Shown one piece after another: positions 61,477-64,000 of a DNA stretch of 64,000 nt. Numbering within the stretch: the stretch's first letter is position 1; each line of letters begins with the position of its first letter. The stretch is from Amoebophrya sp. A120 (Eukaryota; Protista; Dinoflagellata): assembly GCA_905178155.1 (NCBI GenBank), contig CAJINV010000002.1, forward strand, positions 270,354 to 334,353. Reading direction: 5' to 3'. The translations under genes and the position numbers were made by a program. The notes beneath the pieces were generated by a model. It was not told the origin of the DNA. It searched no databases and saw only the letters and a program-made list of their open reading frames with translations.

Positions 61477-64000
61477 TCACACCGTGAATAGACGTTCGAC
61501 AAAAACAAGGAGCCGTCCACCTCTACATCTTTCTGCGCTTCTCGGCACTAAAATAGTCAAAGCACTTTCCAATTTTCGTACGGTGCGGTCCAGTACTGCG
61601 GGGACGAGGAAAGGTAGTGTGGTACTAGTATTCATTTTTCTTGCAAAAGCATCGCATTGATAGCACAAATCGCATGACAAATTTATGGAAGATGAAAAAT
61701 GGAGTTTGTTTTTGTACGCATGCAGACTTAGGTATAGAAACCAGATATGCCAACATGCATGGTTGCAATTCGTATCACTATCAGCACGATGCTTTTTGCA
61801 GTGAATAAGTGAGTGCTGCGAGGGTGGGCGTTCTGGGGAAGTAGGCGCCATTTCGTGCTGCTGCGGTGGCGGTGTCAGGTCATCAGCTTCGGCGGGACTC
61901 CTCCCTCTACTTTCATCGCCAGCTACACGACTCTCCCCCGCTGGTCGTGCTTGTGTTCCACCAGCCTGAATTCCGCCCTGTCCACCTCCGCTTTATGCAT
62001 TGCAAAAGTATCGCACTCGTATATTAAACGCATTACAAATTTCCTCAGCATGAGAAATGAAATTTGTAATGCGGATCTACCTTAAGATTACAATTTGTAA
62101 TGCATGATTCCAATACGATTATCAGATACTTTTGCACAGGGTACGCTTCTTCCGCCACCCATTCGTTCCGCCGCTTGGCTCGCTGTTAGTTCCAACAGAC
62201 TGCTGCCATCGGAATTCGAAGCACTTATCCACGAAAAAAAGTCTGTAAGTGTAACTTTTTTGCAGGAACAGCATCACAGATTTGTTTCGCATGACAGAGA
62301 AAACCTGTCATTCGTAGCTAGTACGCGAAAACACGTAAGTACGAAAATTCCCTCTGATGCACATCCAGCATGACAAGTGTAACTGTATTGCAACGTCTGC
62401 AACACAAAGTTACACTTACACAGTTTTTTTCTTGCATAGCGCTACCCGAAGGTCCTCTAGCGGCACTACTTGCTCTATCGCTCCTGCTAACGTACGTCGG
62501 TGAAGAGGCAGGACGAGCAGTAGCGGTCCCTGCTGTGGTCAACTGCTCCTGCCAATCTACTGGGCTGGTTTCTATAGTTGGAAGTGCATTGCTGTTGCTG
62601 TTTTCAGGACCACCTCGACTTGGAATTTGTATTGCAGGTCTACTCGCTGCATCTTCCTGTCCTACTGCTCTGCGTCTGGCTTCTTCGCCTATGAGAGTGC
62701 ACAACTCCCCCTCCCCCTCATTTGTCATGCAAAACACCAAACCCAATCTTTGCCTTGCGGCACTGTTCGCATGACAAGTTCTGGCAGCCCAAACAAAACT
62801 ACACTCCTGTGCTGGAATTTTGTCATGCAAGACCTGCATTCTCGCTGACGCTTGTATTGCTGTGGATGCTCTACCCGAATGAGGGGGAGAGGAAGTTGTG
62901 CACTCTCTTATCGCCCACGCCGACCTCATTTCCATCTTCATCCACGGTCCGGAACTTCTGCGCGACATTTGTTATGCGTTGCAAAACTATCCTACTAATT
63001 GCAATCCAGCATGACAAACTCTCTTTCTCTACCTGTCCTCGCATGACAAACTCCATTGTCGTTGTTCCTGGGAACAAATTTTTTCGTGCAAGTTCGATGT
63101 TGACTAGTACGGCACAACTTTTGCAACACATATTCGTTCGCGCCCGGCAAATCGGGCACTTGAGCTGCTTGTAGCCCTTCGTTGTGACATGGTGTTTCAA
63201 GTGCCGAAACAGGCACTCTTTGTGGAACACGTGCCTGCACTATCCAAGAAAAAAACTGTGTTAGTGTAACTTTCTTTGGCTGACAGCATCACAAATTTGC
63301 TCTACATAACAGAGAAAACCTGTCATGCGTGGCTGGTAAGGGAAAACACACATGAAAAGAGGACTTCGTGGTTGTCTGGCATGACAGACGTAACTCTGTT
63401 GCATGTTCTGCATTACAGAGTTACACTTACACAGTTTTTTTCTTGCATATGCACTGCGGTAAGGCCCGCACCTGCTCGTTGAGGCGGGCCAGGGTCTCTT
63501 GTTCCGTGTCGTCCGTTATTTCCACTGAAGATGCGTTCGTACTAGGCGTTGTTGTACCTCCATGCTGCGAGGAGGTGGTGGTGGAGCAAGGTGTTCTCGT
63601 GGATGTTGGTGTAGGACTGCTGCTTGTATTTTTATCAGTACCTCCCGCTTCTGCGCTGCTGGTGCTTCTGTCACTGCTACTTCCAGCTCCTCCCCGACCT
63701 CCGATAGTGGTGTCCTCATCTCTAGTGCAGCCCGGCCGCCGCCTGAAGAACCACTGTGAAGTAGACGCGTGATACGTTATTGAGAGGAAAAATCCCCCCT
63801 CCCCGTATTGAAACGGTATGCTTCCGCAAATTTGCGTTGCTGATTCGTGGCCACAAATCACATTTGTCCTGCAAGAAGACAAGAGCAGAAGCTTCCGTCC
63901 CATCATGGAAGCGCTTTGCCATGCTAGTGGGCCTGAAGGGGAGCCGTTTGCAATGCTGAACAACTAGACCCAAACGCCCCTACGTAGGCTGAGGATCTGG
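61477..64000 (-). CDS. RING-H2 finger protein, 5' end outside the window; 6-7 introner introns
   Basis: Exons 63772-63450, 63235-63133, 62967-62911, 62684-62439, 62220-62144, 61988-61808 or beyond; VRALPQC|RHVFHKECLFRHL...CPICR. Confidence 0.82.
61629..61807. mobile_element. Family C-like TIR element
   Basis: tgcaaaagcatcg / cgatgctttttgcagtgaata; direct repeat unclear. Confidence 0.65.
61994..62143. mobile_element. TIR introner, family C
   Basis: TSD cgctt. Confidence 0.95.
62226..62438. mobile_element. TIR introner, family F
   Basis: Direct repeat gcact/gcgct. Confidence 0.92.
62690..62910. mobile_element. TIR introner, family G
   Basis: TSD tcgcc. Confidence 0.95.
62973..63132. mobile_element. 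Family C-like TIR introner
   Basis: tatgcgttgcaaaa / ttttgcaacacata; direct repeat tttgt/ttcgt. Confidence 0.82.
63241..63449. mobile_element. TIR introner, family F
   Basis: TSD tgcac. Confidence 0.96.
63778..64000. mobile_element. TIR introner, family H, cut by the window end
   Basis: tattgagaggaaaaatcccccctccccg left TIR. Confidence 0.8.

Overview
Eukaryotic DNA from a dinoflagellate-lineage genome, most like the syndinian parasite Amoebophrya (inferred from a dinoflagellate spliced-leader relic and inverted-repeat introns; not confirmed by search). About 45 short (150-310 bp) terminal-inverted-repeat elements in at least 8 families dominate the window. Nearly all read TAT...ATA between 5-bp direct repeats. 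Most sit inside protein-coding genes. Removing the element plus 5 nt restores the reading frame at about 33 junctions I translated by hand, so they behave as non-GT-AG introns (introners). Splicing them out reveals minus-strand genes that the ORF track misses: a GT1 UDP-glycosyltransferase, a 956-aa orphan, three RING-finger proteins, and a ~2,520-aa DUF4116-repeat membrane protein. Also present: RPL27 with a canonical intron, a full-length frameshifted APE-RT LINE whose 5' end carries a spliced-leader fragment, an endonuclease-only LINE fragment between 56-bp direct repeats, nested insertions inside introners, several satellites and dispersed duplicated blocks. Coordinates were read by hand and may be off by a few bases.
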